A stretch of DNA of 24,059 bases from Macrostomum lignano (lineage: Eukaryota). The notes below the pieces were generated by a model that was not told the origin of the DNA, ran no database searches, and saw only the letters and a list, made by a program, of their open reading frames with translations. Shown here one piece after another: positions 10,701 to 19,714 of the stretch. Each line of letters starts with the position of its first letter. Position 1 is the first letter of the stretch. A program made the position numbers and the translations under genes. Location of the stretch: positions 1 through 24,059 of the forward strand of contig NIVC01002356.1 of NCBI GenBank assembly GCA_002269645.1, read 5' to 3'.

Positions 10701-11771
10701 CTTGCCCAGCAATCTCAGCGGCTCTTGGCTTCCGTATGGGTAGACCTTGTCGCTGGCGGGCTGCAGCGCGGCTTTTTGCGGCATCCTGTCGTAGGCCGCC
10801 CTGTCGATGATGTTGCAGGCCGCGCCGCTGTCGATGAGCACCTTTGTCTTGAGCCCGTTAATTGTCGCAGGCGTCCAAGTAGAGCCGTAGTTCCTCAGGG
10901 TGAATAGCTCGTGCTCGATGGGGTCGTCTTGCAGATATTCGACTCGACCCGGCGGAGCCTCCTCCTGCGGTTCGTCAACGGTCCTCAGAGGGACTTTAGC
11001 TGCTCCTCGACACGCCCGAGCGAAATGACCCATCTTGCCGCAGCGTCGACACGCCTTGTTACGGGCTGCCTCGCACGTCTGATGCCCTGGTCGCCCGCAG
11101 CGATCGCAGTTGATGCCGCTGTCTCTTGCCGCGGCAGCCGGCCTGGTTGTATGGGATGGTCGGTTACGAGGTGGACGCAGCGCCGCCACATTCGAAGCGG
11201 AAGGATGGCCCGTGTCGGCTGCGGCGCCGATCTCCATGGCCTGGGCCTGCTGCTCCGCTGCCTCCCTCGCTCGGATTCGCTTCAAAACGTCGTCTAAGGA
11301 GACATCGTTGAGCTGCAGGAGTTCCCTCCTGATCCTCTCGGACCGGTAATGAGCCACGATCTTGTCCCTGATGAGCGAGTCTCGGAGTTCGCCGAACGTA
11401 CATTGGTCCGCAGCCTTGCGTAGCCGATGATACCAGGCCTCAATTGACTCTCCTTCCTCCTGCCGGCATATTTCAAACTGGTACCTGAGGAAGACAACGC
11501 TGTTCTTTTGGTCGAAGATACCCTGCAACTTTTTGATGAGCTCCTCCGCGGACTCTCCTTTCTTGACGCCGTTATCGTCCATGAAGTCTTCCAGCTTCTC
11601 GCCCGCAGTGTAAACTAAGAGCTCCAGCTGCTGTGTCGCATCTGTGATGCCAGCTGCGCGTATGTAGCTGTTGAACCTTCGCGTCCAGGTTTTCCATCGC
11701 TGAGCTCTTGTCAGAGGATCGCCTTCGAGGTCAAAGGCGTCTGGTGCCGCGAGTTGCAGGGCCTGTGCCAT
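7764..11771 (-). CDS. Gag-Pol polyprotein, 1335 aa, uninterrupted
   Basis: CCHC knuckles (CDRCGRPGHQTC, CRRCGKMGHFARAC); protease LIDSGA; RT (LDIAKAFYQI, WIHDDII); RNase H (VDAGPAGLGAIL, EKEALA, TDHKPL); integrase HHCC (HRGH...CRAC) and DDE (ADLLG, TDNGPPF, NGITER). Confidence 0.97.
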   Translation of the reverse strand: MAQALQLAAPDAFDLEGDPLTRAQRWKTWTRRFNSYIRAAGITDATQQLELLVYTAGEKLEDFMDDNGVKKGESAEELIKKLQGIFDQKNSVVFLRYQFEICRQEEGESIEAWYHRLRKAADQCTFGELRDSLIRDKIVAHYRSERIRRELLQLNDVSLDDVLKRIRAREAAEQQAQAMEIGAAADTGHPSASNVAALRPPRNRPSHTTRPAAAARDSGINCDRCGRPGHQTCEAARNKACRRCGKMGHFARACRGAAKVPLRTVDEPQEEAPPGRVEYLQDDPIEHELFTLRNYGSTWTPATINGLKTKVLIDSGAACNIIDRAAYDRMPQKAALQPASDKVYPYGSQEPLRLLGKADLQVSVFEIHETLPFLVLDGEGACIIGRRSAERLQILRVGPENKVACQLRPSPEVSLDSMLTGIPKDVLHAPGAPALHELLTENAQVFSGIGRLKNYAARIFLEEGAKPICHPPSRVPIHLAQAVDAELQCLEDQGIIEPVEGPCPWVARIVVVPKQTPGEIRITQDLRDLNKSVIRERHPIPTFEEVTGDMAGAQLFSELDIAKAFYQIPVADECRHLLTFSTPRGLRRLTRLCMGLSTAQEILQAVMSSVLAGLPKVKWIHDDIIVYGHSVAEHHSNLQACLRRLAQHGLTLNPLKCKLARTEVTFMGMQLSSEGVRPTQSKLEAIHAFAEPKTATEVRSFLGLVNYLASFTPGLADVARPLRNLTRKGEPWAWTDLEKRAFDDVKTRIATSGTLAFFNHRLATQLIVDAGPAGLGAILTQTQADGTNRPVAYASRTLSDVEQRYSQTEKEALAVKYGCLKFQYYLHGAPTFTVVTDHKPLIALFSSGSRPPPRIERMALRIQHMKFTVEYQPGPLNPADVLSRQPLPTRGRNVGEELDTLCIAAIVQAAIPNALSLSSVQESSLQDATIQAAIRSLETGRWSLESAETRSLHALRNELSAADGVLLRGQRIVVPMALRRLVLDLAHRGHQCLRKTVDRLSTKVWWPRMQTEAELFVRACRACAATSHAADVTAAPLKPTPIPKAAWLTLGADLLGPIQGSMLLVCVDHYSRFPEVEIVQTTTAEALIPKLRNSFARFGIPQVLVTDNGPPFSSAQFKGFLDSYGIRQRLITPLHPQANGITERLNRSINKVVRAAIAQKRDWRAALDEWLLAYRCTPQRTTNRAPAELLLGRVPNDAIPSIRPSRPVAIADRRLRQQDASSKAKGKRYTDKRRQARPHGLKVGDTVLRRRLNPLKGETPFEWTPWLVESVKGDSMTIRQGARVCRRHCTDLKRVAPDAEPDFPVGETAPPILQAAGSEPATPPIALRPHPERPR

Positions 11772-11826
11772 ATTTGCTGAATCACCGGTCGTTATCAGTG
11801 CGCGGGGGTTGGCCTCACTGAGAGTT

Positions 11827-11840
11827 TGCTTGCGACGCCA
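11827..11840 (-). other. Primer-binding site
   Basis: TGGCGTCGCAAGCA directly follows the 5' LTR. It is complementary to a tRNA ending ...GCGACG-CCA; the G discriminator suggests tRNA-Ser (inference). Confidence 0.85.
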
Positions 11841-12015
11841 TGTAATGACTCAGACTAGCTATTTAGTTTGGCGAGAGAAACGATGCACTTAAATGAGCCG
11901 ACTGCTCAATTCAATATATTTATAGGCCCGAGAGCATTGCGTAATAAGAGTATTGCTACGAGTTAGTTCATCGACCAAGCCAAGTACATTATTACCGCGC
12001 AGAGCGTACACTACA
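11841..12015 (-). repeat. 5' LTR (175 bp)
   Basis: Identical to 7339-7513. Confidence 0.97.
11917..11924 (-). promoter_or_regulatory. TATA box in the LTR (TATAAATA); second copy at 7415-7422
   Basis: Plus strand tatttata reads TATAAATA on the element strand, in mid-LTR. Confidence 0.6.
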
Positions 12016-13380
12016 GACAGGAACTCAGGGGAGGGGAGGACAGGAACTCAGAGGAAGGGAGGACAGGAGCTCAGAGGATGGAAAGACAAGAACTCAGAGG
12101 AGGGGTGGACAGGAACTCAGAGGAGGGAGGACAGGAACTCAGAGGAGGGGAGGACAGGAACTCAGAGGAGGGGAGGACAGGAACTCAGCTGAGGGAGGAC
12201 AGGAGCTCAGAGGAGGGGAGGACAAGAGCTCAGGGGAGGGGAGGACAGGAGCTCAGAGGAGGGGAGGACAGGAGCTCAGGGGAGGGGAGGACAGGAACTC
12301 AGATGAGGGAGGACAGGAGCTCAGGGTAGGGGAGGACAAGAGCTCAGATGAGGAAGGACAGGAACTCAGGGTAGGGAAGGACAGGAGCTCAGATGAGGGA
12401 GGACAGGAACTCAGGGTAGGGAAGGACAGGAGCTCAGATGAGGGAGGACAGGAACTCAGGGGAGGGGAGGACAGGAGCTCAGAGGAGGGGAGGACAGGAA
12501 CTCAGAGGAGGGGAGGACAGGAGCTCAGAGGAGGGGAGGACAGGAACTCAGAGGAGGGGAGGACAGGAACTCAGAGGAGGGGAGGACAGGAACTCAGATG
12601 AGGGAGGACAGGAGCTCAGAGGAGGGGAGGACAGGAGCTCAGGGGAGGGGAGGACAGGAGCTTAGAGGAGGGGAGGACAGGAGCTCAGGGGAGGGGAGGA
12701 CAGGAGCTCAGGGGAGGGGAGGACAGGAGCTCAGGGGAGGGGAGGACAGGAACTCAGGGGAGGGGAGGACAGGAACTCAGAGGAGGGGAGGACAGGAACT
12801 CAGGGGAGGGGAGGACAGGAACTCAGAGGAGGGGAGGACAGGAGCTCAGAGGAGGGGAGGACAGGAGCTCAGGGGAGGGGAGGACAGGAGCTCAGGGGAG
12901 GGGAGGACAGTAGCTCAGGGGAGGGGAGGACAGGAGCTCAGGGGAGGGGAGGACAGGAACTCAGGGGAGGGGAGGACAGGAACTCAGAGGAGGGGAGACA
13001 GGAGCTCAGAGGAGGGGAGGACAGGAGCTCAGGGGAGGGGAGGACAGGAGCTCAGGGGAGGGGAGGACAGGAACTCAGATGAGGGAGGACAGGAGCTCAG
13101 GGGAGGGGAGGACAGGAGCTCAGGGGAGGGGAGGACAGGAACTCAGGGGAGGGGAGGACAGGAGCTCAGGGGAGGGGAGGACAGGAGCTCAGGGGAGGGA
13201 AGGACAGGAACTCAGGGGAGGGGAGGACAGGAGCTCAGGGGAGGGGAGGACAGGAGCTCAGGGGAGGGGAGGACAGGAGCTCAGGGGAGGGGAGGACAGG
13301 AGCTCAGGGGAGGGGAGGACAGGAACTCAGGGGAGGGGAGGACAGGAACTCAGAGGAGGGGAGGACAGGAGCTCAGAGGA
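12016..13380 (+). repeat. 23-bp GA-rich minisatellite (ggacaggagctcaggggagggga), about 60 units, intronic
   Basis: Directly visible tandem units. Source of the spurious GRGGQELRGGEDRSSGE ORFs. Confidence 0.97.
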
Positions 13381-13399
13381 CAAAGACTGCACTGCTCAC

Positions 13400-13891
13400 C
13401 CGCTCAATTTTTGACCGTCAGCCGCTTCTTGCGCTGCACCTGCCGCACAGAGAAGACGAGCTCGCCCTGAGACAGCTCGGACTCCTGCCTGTCCAGGCTG
13501 AGGAATTTCCACAGCAGGACTCCTTTCTCCAGCTCCGCCAGGGTCAGGCTGCGCAGCAGGATGACGGCCTCGCCAATCAGCGTGCTGCTGTCCCCGGTGG
13601 TCCGGTCCCACACCTCGATAACGAACGCCTTGTGCTCTTTGAAGTTGTCCTCGAGAAAGTTGCGGATTCGGAATACCTCCTTCCACACTGGGTTGCTGGT
13701 CAGCATTCGGACTTTGGTCTCCAAGCGGGAGCTGGACGAGGTCGGCAGGAAGCTGACGGTGGCGAAGGCGCAGATTTCGCTGCCGTTGACTGAGCGAAGA
13801 TCCTTGGCCTCGATGATCTTCAGGGTGAGCAGCTGCTCCTCGCGATTGTAATGGAAGCTGAGCAGCACCTTGCCGCGGTTCTCGTCGTCGC
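13400..13891 (-). CDS. Tandem-C2 synaptotagmin-like protein, exon 2 (C2A and start of C2B)
   Basis: Acceptor caacag|GC at 13891 (phase 1, matching exon 1). GKVLLSFHYN...IIEAKDL...ETKV...NPVWKEVF...VWDR...LIGE is a C2A fold, followed by QGELVFSV...RLTVK. Donor GTGAGC at 13399. One extra A in the A5 run (13408-13412) breaks the frame just before the donor. Confidence 0.88.
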
Positions 13892-13899
13892 CTGTTGAG

Positions 13900-15300
13900 A
13901 GAGATAGTGATTAGGGAGATGACGATGAGAGAGATTATGATTAGAGAGATGATTAGAGAGATGATTAGAGATGATGATTAGAGAGATGATGATTAGAGAT
14001 GATGATTAGAGAGATAATGATTAGAGATGATGATTAGCGAGATGATTAGAGATGATGACTAGAGATTAAGCTTAGATATGATCATTAGTGAAATAATGAT
14101 TAGGGATATGATAATTAGAGATGATGGATAGTGAAATGATAATTAGGGAGACAGGTTATGATCGGAGAGATTACGATCATAGGAAAGACATGATTTTGAG
14201 ATCTAGGATTTTGATAAAAGAGACACTGAGAAAAGAAATGATCATAGAGATGATTGGAGAGAGATGATTGAAGAGGGATGATTGGAGAGAGATGATTGGA
14301 GAGAGATGATTGGAGAGAGATGATTGGAGAGAGATGATTGGAGAGAGATGATTGGAGAGAGATGATTGGAGAGAGATGATTGGAGAGAGATGATTGGAGA
14401 GAGATGATTGGAGAGAGATGATTGGAGAGAGATGATTGGAGAGAGATGATTGGAGAGAGATGATTGGAAAGGGATGATTGGAGAGAGATGATTGGAGAGA
14501 GATGATTGGAGAGAGATGATTGGAAAGGGATATTGGAGAGAGATGATTGGATAGAGATGATTGGAGAGAGATGATTGGAGAGAGATGATTGGAGAGAGAT
14601 GATTGGAGAGAGATGATTGGAGAGAGATGATTGGAGAGAGATGATTGGAGAGAGATGATTGGAGAGAGATGATTGGAGAGAGATGATTGGAGAGAGATGA
14701 TTGGAGAGAGATGATTGGAGAGAGATGATTGGAGAGAGATGATTGGAGAGAGATGATTGGAGAGAGATGATTGGAGAGAGATGATTGGATAGAGATGATT
14801 GGAGAGAGATGATTGGAGAGAGATGATTGGAGAGAGATGATTGGAGAGAGATGATTGGAGAGAGATGATTGGAGAGAGATGATTGGAGAGAGATGATTGG
14901 AGAGAGATGATTGGAGAGAGATGATTGGAGAGAGATGATTGGAGAGAGATGATTGGAGAGAGATGATTGGAGAGAGATGATTGGATAGAGATGATTGGAT
15001 AGAGATGATTGGAGAGAGATGATTGGAGAGAGATGATTGGAGAGAGATGATTGGAGAGAGATGATTGGAGAGAGATGATTGGAGAGAGATGATTGGAAAG
15101 GGATGATTGGAGAGAGATGATTGGAGAGAGATGTTTGGAGAGAGATGATTGGAAAGGGATGATTGGAGAGAGATGATTGGATAGAGATGATTGGAAAGGG
15201 ATGATTGGAGAGAGATGATTGGAGAGAGATGATTGGAGAGAGATGATTGGAGAGAGATGATTGGAGAGAGATGATTGGAAAGGGATGATTGGAGAGTGAT
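13900..15300 (+). repeat. 14-bp minisatellite (gatgattggagaga), about 77 units at 14222-15300, plus a degenerate related flank
   Basis: Visible tandem units fill intron 1. The 366-aa SLQSSLSNHLSPII ORF is its three-unit translation. Confidence 0.97.
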
Positions 15301-15346
15301 CAAAGAGTGGTCAGGTGTCGCAGGAACATGGGGCCCCCGCACCCAC

Positions 15347-15620
15347 CCTGATGGCTGAGGTCGCCAGCTTGCTCCAGCTGCTGGATGGTGCTGGCATTGT
15401 AGGAGCCGATGGAGCTGGCCATGCTGAGCCGGGAGGCGCTCAGACTGCCCAGGCTCATCCGGCGCCCTTTGCCGGCGGCGCCGTCCTCGACAGCGGCGCT
15501 GTGCCGTTCGAGCTCACGCTGGACGCCGCTGCCGCCCGTGTTGGAGCGCCGCCGGGACCGCTGCTGATGCGGGAACTGCCCGCCGTTCTGCAGGAAGCCC
15601 TTCAAGGAATAGTCGGTCAT
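15347..15620 (-). CDS. Tandem-C2 synaptotagmin-like protein, exon 1 (Ser/Arg-rich N-terminus)
   Basis: gccATG at 15620. The 274 nt end cat cag g|GTGGGT (phase 1) and join exon 2 as DLSHQ-G-DDENRGKVLL. A further upstream exon cannot be excluded. Confidence 0.7.
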
Positions 15621-16559
15621 GGCTTGATGAAGCTGAGCTCTCTTATTTTGATGCCTCTCGTTTCGCCTGCCGCGTTTATAACTTAAGTTTTCTCAGTGTT
15701 ATTTTGCTCCATTCTATTGGCTCGGGGTAGAGAGAGAAGCTTAAAATGGCTGAGATTTATTCGTCAGCTGGGCGGAATGCGCTGGATTCTCAGCCGCCGT
15801 CCCTGAGTGCAACAGCTTCAAGTTTATTATTGAGTTGCCTTTAATTTTGCTCTAGCTAGAGAACAGCCTAGTCAGCCCTACTGAGACCTGCAAATGGAGG
15901 CCAGGAGGGGGCACAGGGGTCATGACCCCCTCACAATGGGCCGATTGCATTTGAGATCCTTCCTGTTGCTCTCTCCCTCCTATAGGCCCGAAGTAAATAA
16001 TTACGCCTAGCTAAATTAATTACACAACATATCGGGTGATCTTAACTGTCACTCTGGGTTTCTCTGCTTACACATTGCTCACAGTCACTCCACTGGGCTC
16101 CCATAATTTTTTGTTTACATCGAATTGAAGCTTTTGAGCTCACTGTTTATGCCAAAAATAGCATTAGTTGGGCCTGTGCCTCTGTGTGTATGCAGCAATG
16201 CAGGGACAGTGAGAAACCACATACACTGTACAGTGCTGCATAACAATAGATAACAATTTCTCTCTTTGAATGCGGTACAGACAGTTTATTTAAGTAGTAA
16301 GGAGCGCATTGAGTAGCATGAATTTTTCGAATACATATACTGTATATTCTCATATTCTCAATTGTTTTCTATTAATTGATAATTACTTCTCAAATATACC
16401 GGTTTGTGAGTTCTTATCGGGGCTTCATAGAGACTAAAAGTCTGCTAAACTGCAATAAGTATTGAAAATTGTCAATAAGAGACTTGGTGACTGCTGACAC
16501 AAATATTTGATGCACAGTTAGTCAGTTTGAGGGTAAGGTAGCGTATATTCACGTGGCTA

Positions 16560-16860
16560 TCATCAATTTCCATCAGTTATCCAGTGGTTTCCATCAGTTA
16601 TCTAACGGTTTCCATCAATTATTATCCTACGACTTCAATCAATTATCCTACGACTTCAATCAATTATCCTACGACTTCAATCAATTATCCTACGACTTCA
16701 ATCAATTATCCTACGACTTCCATCAATTATCCTACGACTTCCATCAATTATCCTACGACTTCAATCAATTATCCTACGACTTCAATCAATTATCCTACGA
16801 CTTCCATGAATTATCCTACGACTTCCATCAATTATCCTACGACTTCCATGAATTATCCCC
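16560..16860 (+). repeat. 21-bp minisatellite (atcctacgacttcaatcaatt) just downstream of the DEG/ENaC stop
   Basis: Visible tandem units. Source of the YDFNQLS and YPTTSIN ORFs. Confidence 0.95.
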
Positions 16861-16899
16861 CGGTACTATCAATCAGGCTGCACTTTCCGAACCCCTCGT

Positions 16900-18285
16900 C
16901 TACTCGCCCAGCCCTCTGCAGCAGCTTCTCATCAGCTGGGACAGCAGGTCGGCCAGCTCAAACATGGTCAGGATGCTCAACCCCAACCAGAAGCCGCCCT
17001 GGCCGCCGCAGTCGCTCAGCAGGTCCTTGAGCTCGTAGCTTGGCGAGTCCTCAACCCGGTAGACTTTCAGGTGCTCGGCGAAGATGCTAACGCGCAGGAA
17101 GTTGCCGCGGGCGAAGTCCAGCAGCATGTTGTCAGCCTTCGCCTTGGCTACGTCGTTGGCGTAGCCGCTGGCCGTGGCGAGCTCGATGAGCCGTGGCAGG
17201 TAGGACAGCGCCGGGAACTGGCCGTAACTGCTGGTCGCCCTGTACACCCGCCGGCTGCAGGGAAATTTGCACCTCTCCAAGCAGTCGACCCCGCCAGTCA
17301 GCAGCTTCTCGTAGCAGGACTTCTCGGTGACGTTGCCGCGGATCAGCATGGCGGAGCGCAGCTCGCAGGGCCGCTTGCTGTTCCGCAGGGAGTTGCTGGC
17401 GTAGCTGCAGGACAGGTAGCAGCCGCAGGTGCTCAGGGCCGCCTGCTGCATGCAGGTGCGCAGGCAGGCCTGGTGGCTGTAGCCGACCTCAGCCGCTGCC
17501 GCCGGACTTTCCGCCCTAACGGCAACGGAGGCGTTCACGTAGCATTCAGCTGGCGGTTCTCCTCGTCCGTGTAGATCTTGCAGGTGCCGTAGGGCGGCGG
17601 CAGGGTGTCGATTCGGTGGAAGCTGAGCCGATCTGCGCCGAGCTGCCGGGGCTCAGGTGGAAGCCGGCGGCCTCGGCAAACGGATAGGTGCGCGGCTCGT
17701 GGATCAGGATCCGGAAGCCGGCGTCTCCGTAACCATTGTCAACATAGTCGGACTGGTTCAGGGCCAGCGTCATCTGCAAGCTGTTGAATGGCCCGTAGCT
17801 GGCCATCCTCCAGCTGCCGTTCAGGTTGATGGTGTAGCAGAAGCCGAAGGCGGCATTGCGGAAGGTGACGAAGTCCTTGGGCGTGCACTGCATGCCCAGG
17901 TAGGAGCAGTCGAGCAGAATCCGCTGCAGTCTCACGGAGACGCTGGCCAGCAGGGAGTCGTTGACCTGGTTGATCCCCATGGCGTAGCTGCCCATCAGGA
18001 AGTTTTCCTTGGACGGCACGTTCGAGGTGGTGAGGCGCCACTTCTCTTCGCAGGTCATGTTGCCGGCAGGCTGCTGCTGTTGGTGCTGGCGGATCCGGGT
18101 GGCGCGGTCGAGAAGATGTAGCCCATGACTTCAGTCAGGGCCTTCATGTTGGCCTGTGTGCTGAAGTTCGACAGGCCGTTGATGGGACAGATCGTGACCG
18201 CCGGGAACTGCACGCTGGTGACGTCCTCCTCGTAGCGCCTGGTGGCCACCGGGAACTGCGAGAACTTGATGGCCAGCTGGCTGAT
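16900..18285 (-). CDS. DEG/ENaC (ASIC-like) channel, exon 2, with three 1-bp deletions
   Basis: Acceptor ggcag|ATC at 18285. Motifs FPAVTICPIN, ILLDCSYLG, FGFCYTIN, GFRILIH, LPPPYGTC, YSHQACLRTC...CGC, CKFPC...Y and TM2 LLSDCGGQGGFWLGLSILTMFE. Frames switch near 18064, 17627 and 17542. Confidence 0.9.
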
Positions 18286-18329
18286 CTGCCGGTAGGGTCG
18301 AGGGTTCGAATTTCTGATTGAGGTTTCAG

Positions 18330-18795
18330 TTCCGGTGCTGGTGCTTCGGCTTTTAGAGACAGTTTTGTGTTTTAGGGCCAGCTTGGATTGGGACTTAAAG
18401 TAGCGTTTCGGGTAAGGTTCCTAGTAGTGTTTTGGGTAGGGTTTCGGGCAGGGCTTCGGGTAGGGTTTCGGTTAGGGTTTTGGGTAGGGTTTCGGGCAAG
18501 GTTTCGGGTAGGGTTTTAGGTAAGGTTTCGGTTAGGGTTTCGGGTAGGGTTCCTAGTAGTGTTTTGGGTAGGGTTTCGGGTAGGGTTCCGGGCAGGGTTT
18601 CTGGTAGGGTTTTGAGTAGGGTTCCTAGTAGGGTTTCGGGTAAGGTTTCGGTAGGATTTCGGGTAGAGTCTCGGGTTAATTCAGTTTCGGTTTCGGTTAA
18701 GGTTTCGGTTTCTAGTAGAGTTTCAGGTAGGCTTTCGGGTAGGCTTTCGGGTAGACTACTAGACTAGTACTAGACTACAAGCGTTTCGGGTAGGG
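18330..18795 (+). repeat. Degenerate 12-bp repeat (tttcgggtaggg) filling the DEG/ENaC intron
   Basis: Visible repeated units between the donor (18814) and acceptor (18286). Confidence 0.9.
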
Positions 18796-18814
18796 TCTGG
18801 AGTTGATATCCTAC

Positions 18815-19120
18815 CTGGTAGGCAAAGAAGCCGACCGAGCACACCAGCAGGCAGGTCCAGACAATGCGCCTCATCGCCGATGGAGCATCGGCCTCATCCT
18901 CGGTCAGCTTCCCAATCCCGTGCATGCTGGTGGTGCGGGCCCACTGCGTGACGGCGAGCCGCATCTTGGCCGAGCTGGCCGAATAGACGGAGGAGCGGCC
19001 GGGGCTGTCGGTGGACGAAGCGGTGTCGGCGGCGGCGGCCCAGGCCTCCCGCGCCTTGGCCTGCTGGCCCTCGCTCAGGGTGAAGACGGGGCAGTCCGCC
19101 TCACCCGGCACTGGCTTCAT
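18815..19120 (-). CDS. DEG/ENaC channel, exon 1 (N-terminus, HG motif, TM1)
   Basis: ATG at 19120. TTSMHGIGKL pre-TM1 HG motif and RRIVWTCLLVCSVGFFAYQ TM1. Donor cag|GTAGGA, phase 0. The repaired protein is about 564 aa. Confidence 0.88.
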
Positions 19121-19466
19121 CTCTCTCGGCTGCGGTTTTACCAATTTTTAACACAAAAGCTGGAAAGTTGAAGTTGAAACATGAAATTCCCAGAAATTTC
19201 TTGACCAGCCCGGCATTAAATATCGCAGCGCTGGACACCCCCCCCCCAGCCAGGTGGAAAACTTTGAGAGTGTTTGCTCAGCTGGCCGCGCTCCCAAGCT
19301 GCTGGGCCTCGCTGGAGCTGACTGGCTGACGGGCTGACTGGAACCAGAAATTCAAATTGCAAAAAATATATCAATTCCACTGGGCAAACACTGCCAGCGA
19401 GAGCCGGGAGTTTAACCATAGCTGACCAAATCCTCAACTGCTGGTTGCTGGGGCATCAGCGCAAGT

Positions 19467-19502
19467 AGGAGGAGAGGAGAGAGAGGAGAGGAGAGGAGAG
19501 GG
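19467..19502 (+). repeat. (GAGAG)n microsatellite
   Basis: Directly visible. Confidence 0.9.
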
Positions 19503-19714
19503 TCCAATGCTGCCACCAGCTGTCACTTGTCAGAAGTGTGAACACTGAGCCAGCGGAAATGATTGATTAGTATGTAGAATCGGGTTGGTGAATTCATTTA
19601 TTTAACTTCAATTATTGATAATATATGTCAAGTGGCACTTTGCAAATTAGCGGACTCAGTTAGAAAGAGCGATATTCAATCCACGCTTACTCTCATTTTA
19701 TTATAGAAGCACTC

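Larger units (their letters stand above)
7339..12015 (-). mobile_element. Full-length Ty3/Gypsy LTR retrotransposon, Mag-clade-like (4677 bp)
   Basis: Two identical 175-bp TG...CA LTRs, 5-bp TSD GACAG (7334-7338 and 12016-12020), PBS, PPT, and a single gag-PR-RT-RH-IN ORF in Gypsy domain order. The Mag assignment rests on the gag N-terminus (RWKTWTRRFNSY), double CCHC knuckle, short LTRs and TGGCG PBS. Confidence 0.97.

Noticed and set aside
7769-11497. Many short ORFs overlapping gag-pol on either strand
   Set aside because: Shadow frames of GC-rich coding sequence with no recognisable domains.
12016-13380. Relationship between the two 23-bp repeat families
   Set aside because: Same period but no sequence similarity; treated as coincidence.
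11953-13470. RGG-rich ORFs up to 290 aa
   Set aside because: Translations of the stop-free GA minisatellite, antisense within an intron.
14242-15342. 366-aa Ser/Leu repeat protein
   Set aside because: Translation of the 14-bp intronic array, lying downstream of a phase-compatible donor at 15346.
15748-15796. Hairpin ggctgaga...tctcagcc upstream of the C2 gene
   Set aside because: Only an 8-bp stem, within chance expectation, with no supporting motif.
16553-17038. Plus-strand repeat ORFs (YDFNQLS, YPTTSIN)
   Set aside because: Translations of the 21-bp array, antisense to the channel gene.
17542-18064. Programmed ribosomal frameshifting in the DEG/ENaC gene
   Set aside because: No slippery heptamers; three independent shifts are better explained by sequence error or decay.
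19160-19180. Possible spliced-leader trans-splice acceptor (caactttccag) upstream of the channel ATG
   Set aside because: Indistinguishable from an ordinary 5' UTR intron acceptor without transcript data.
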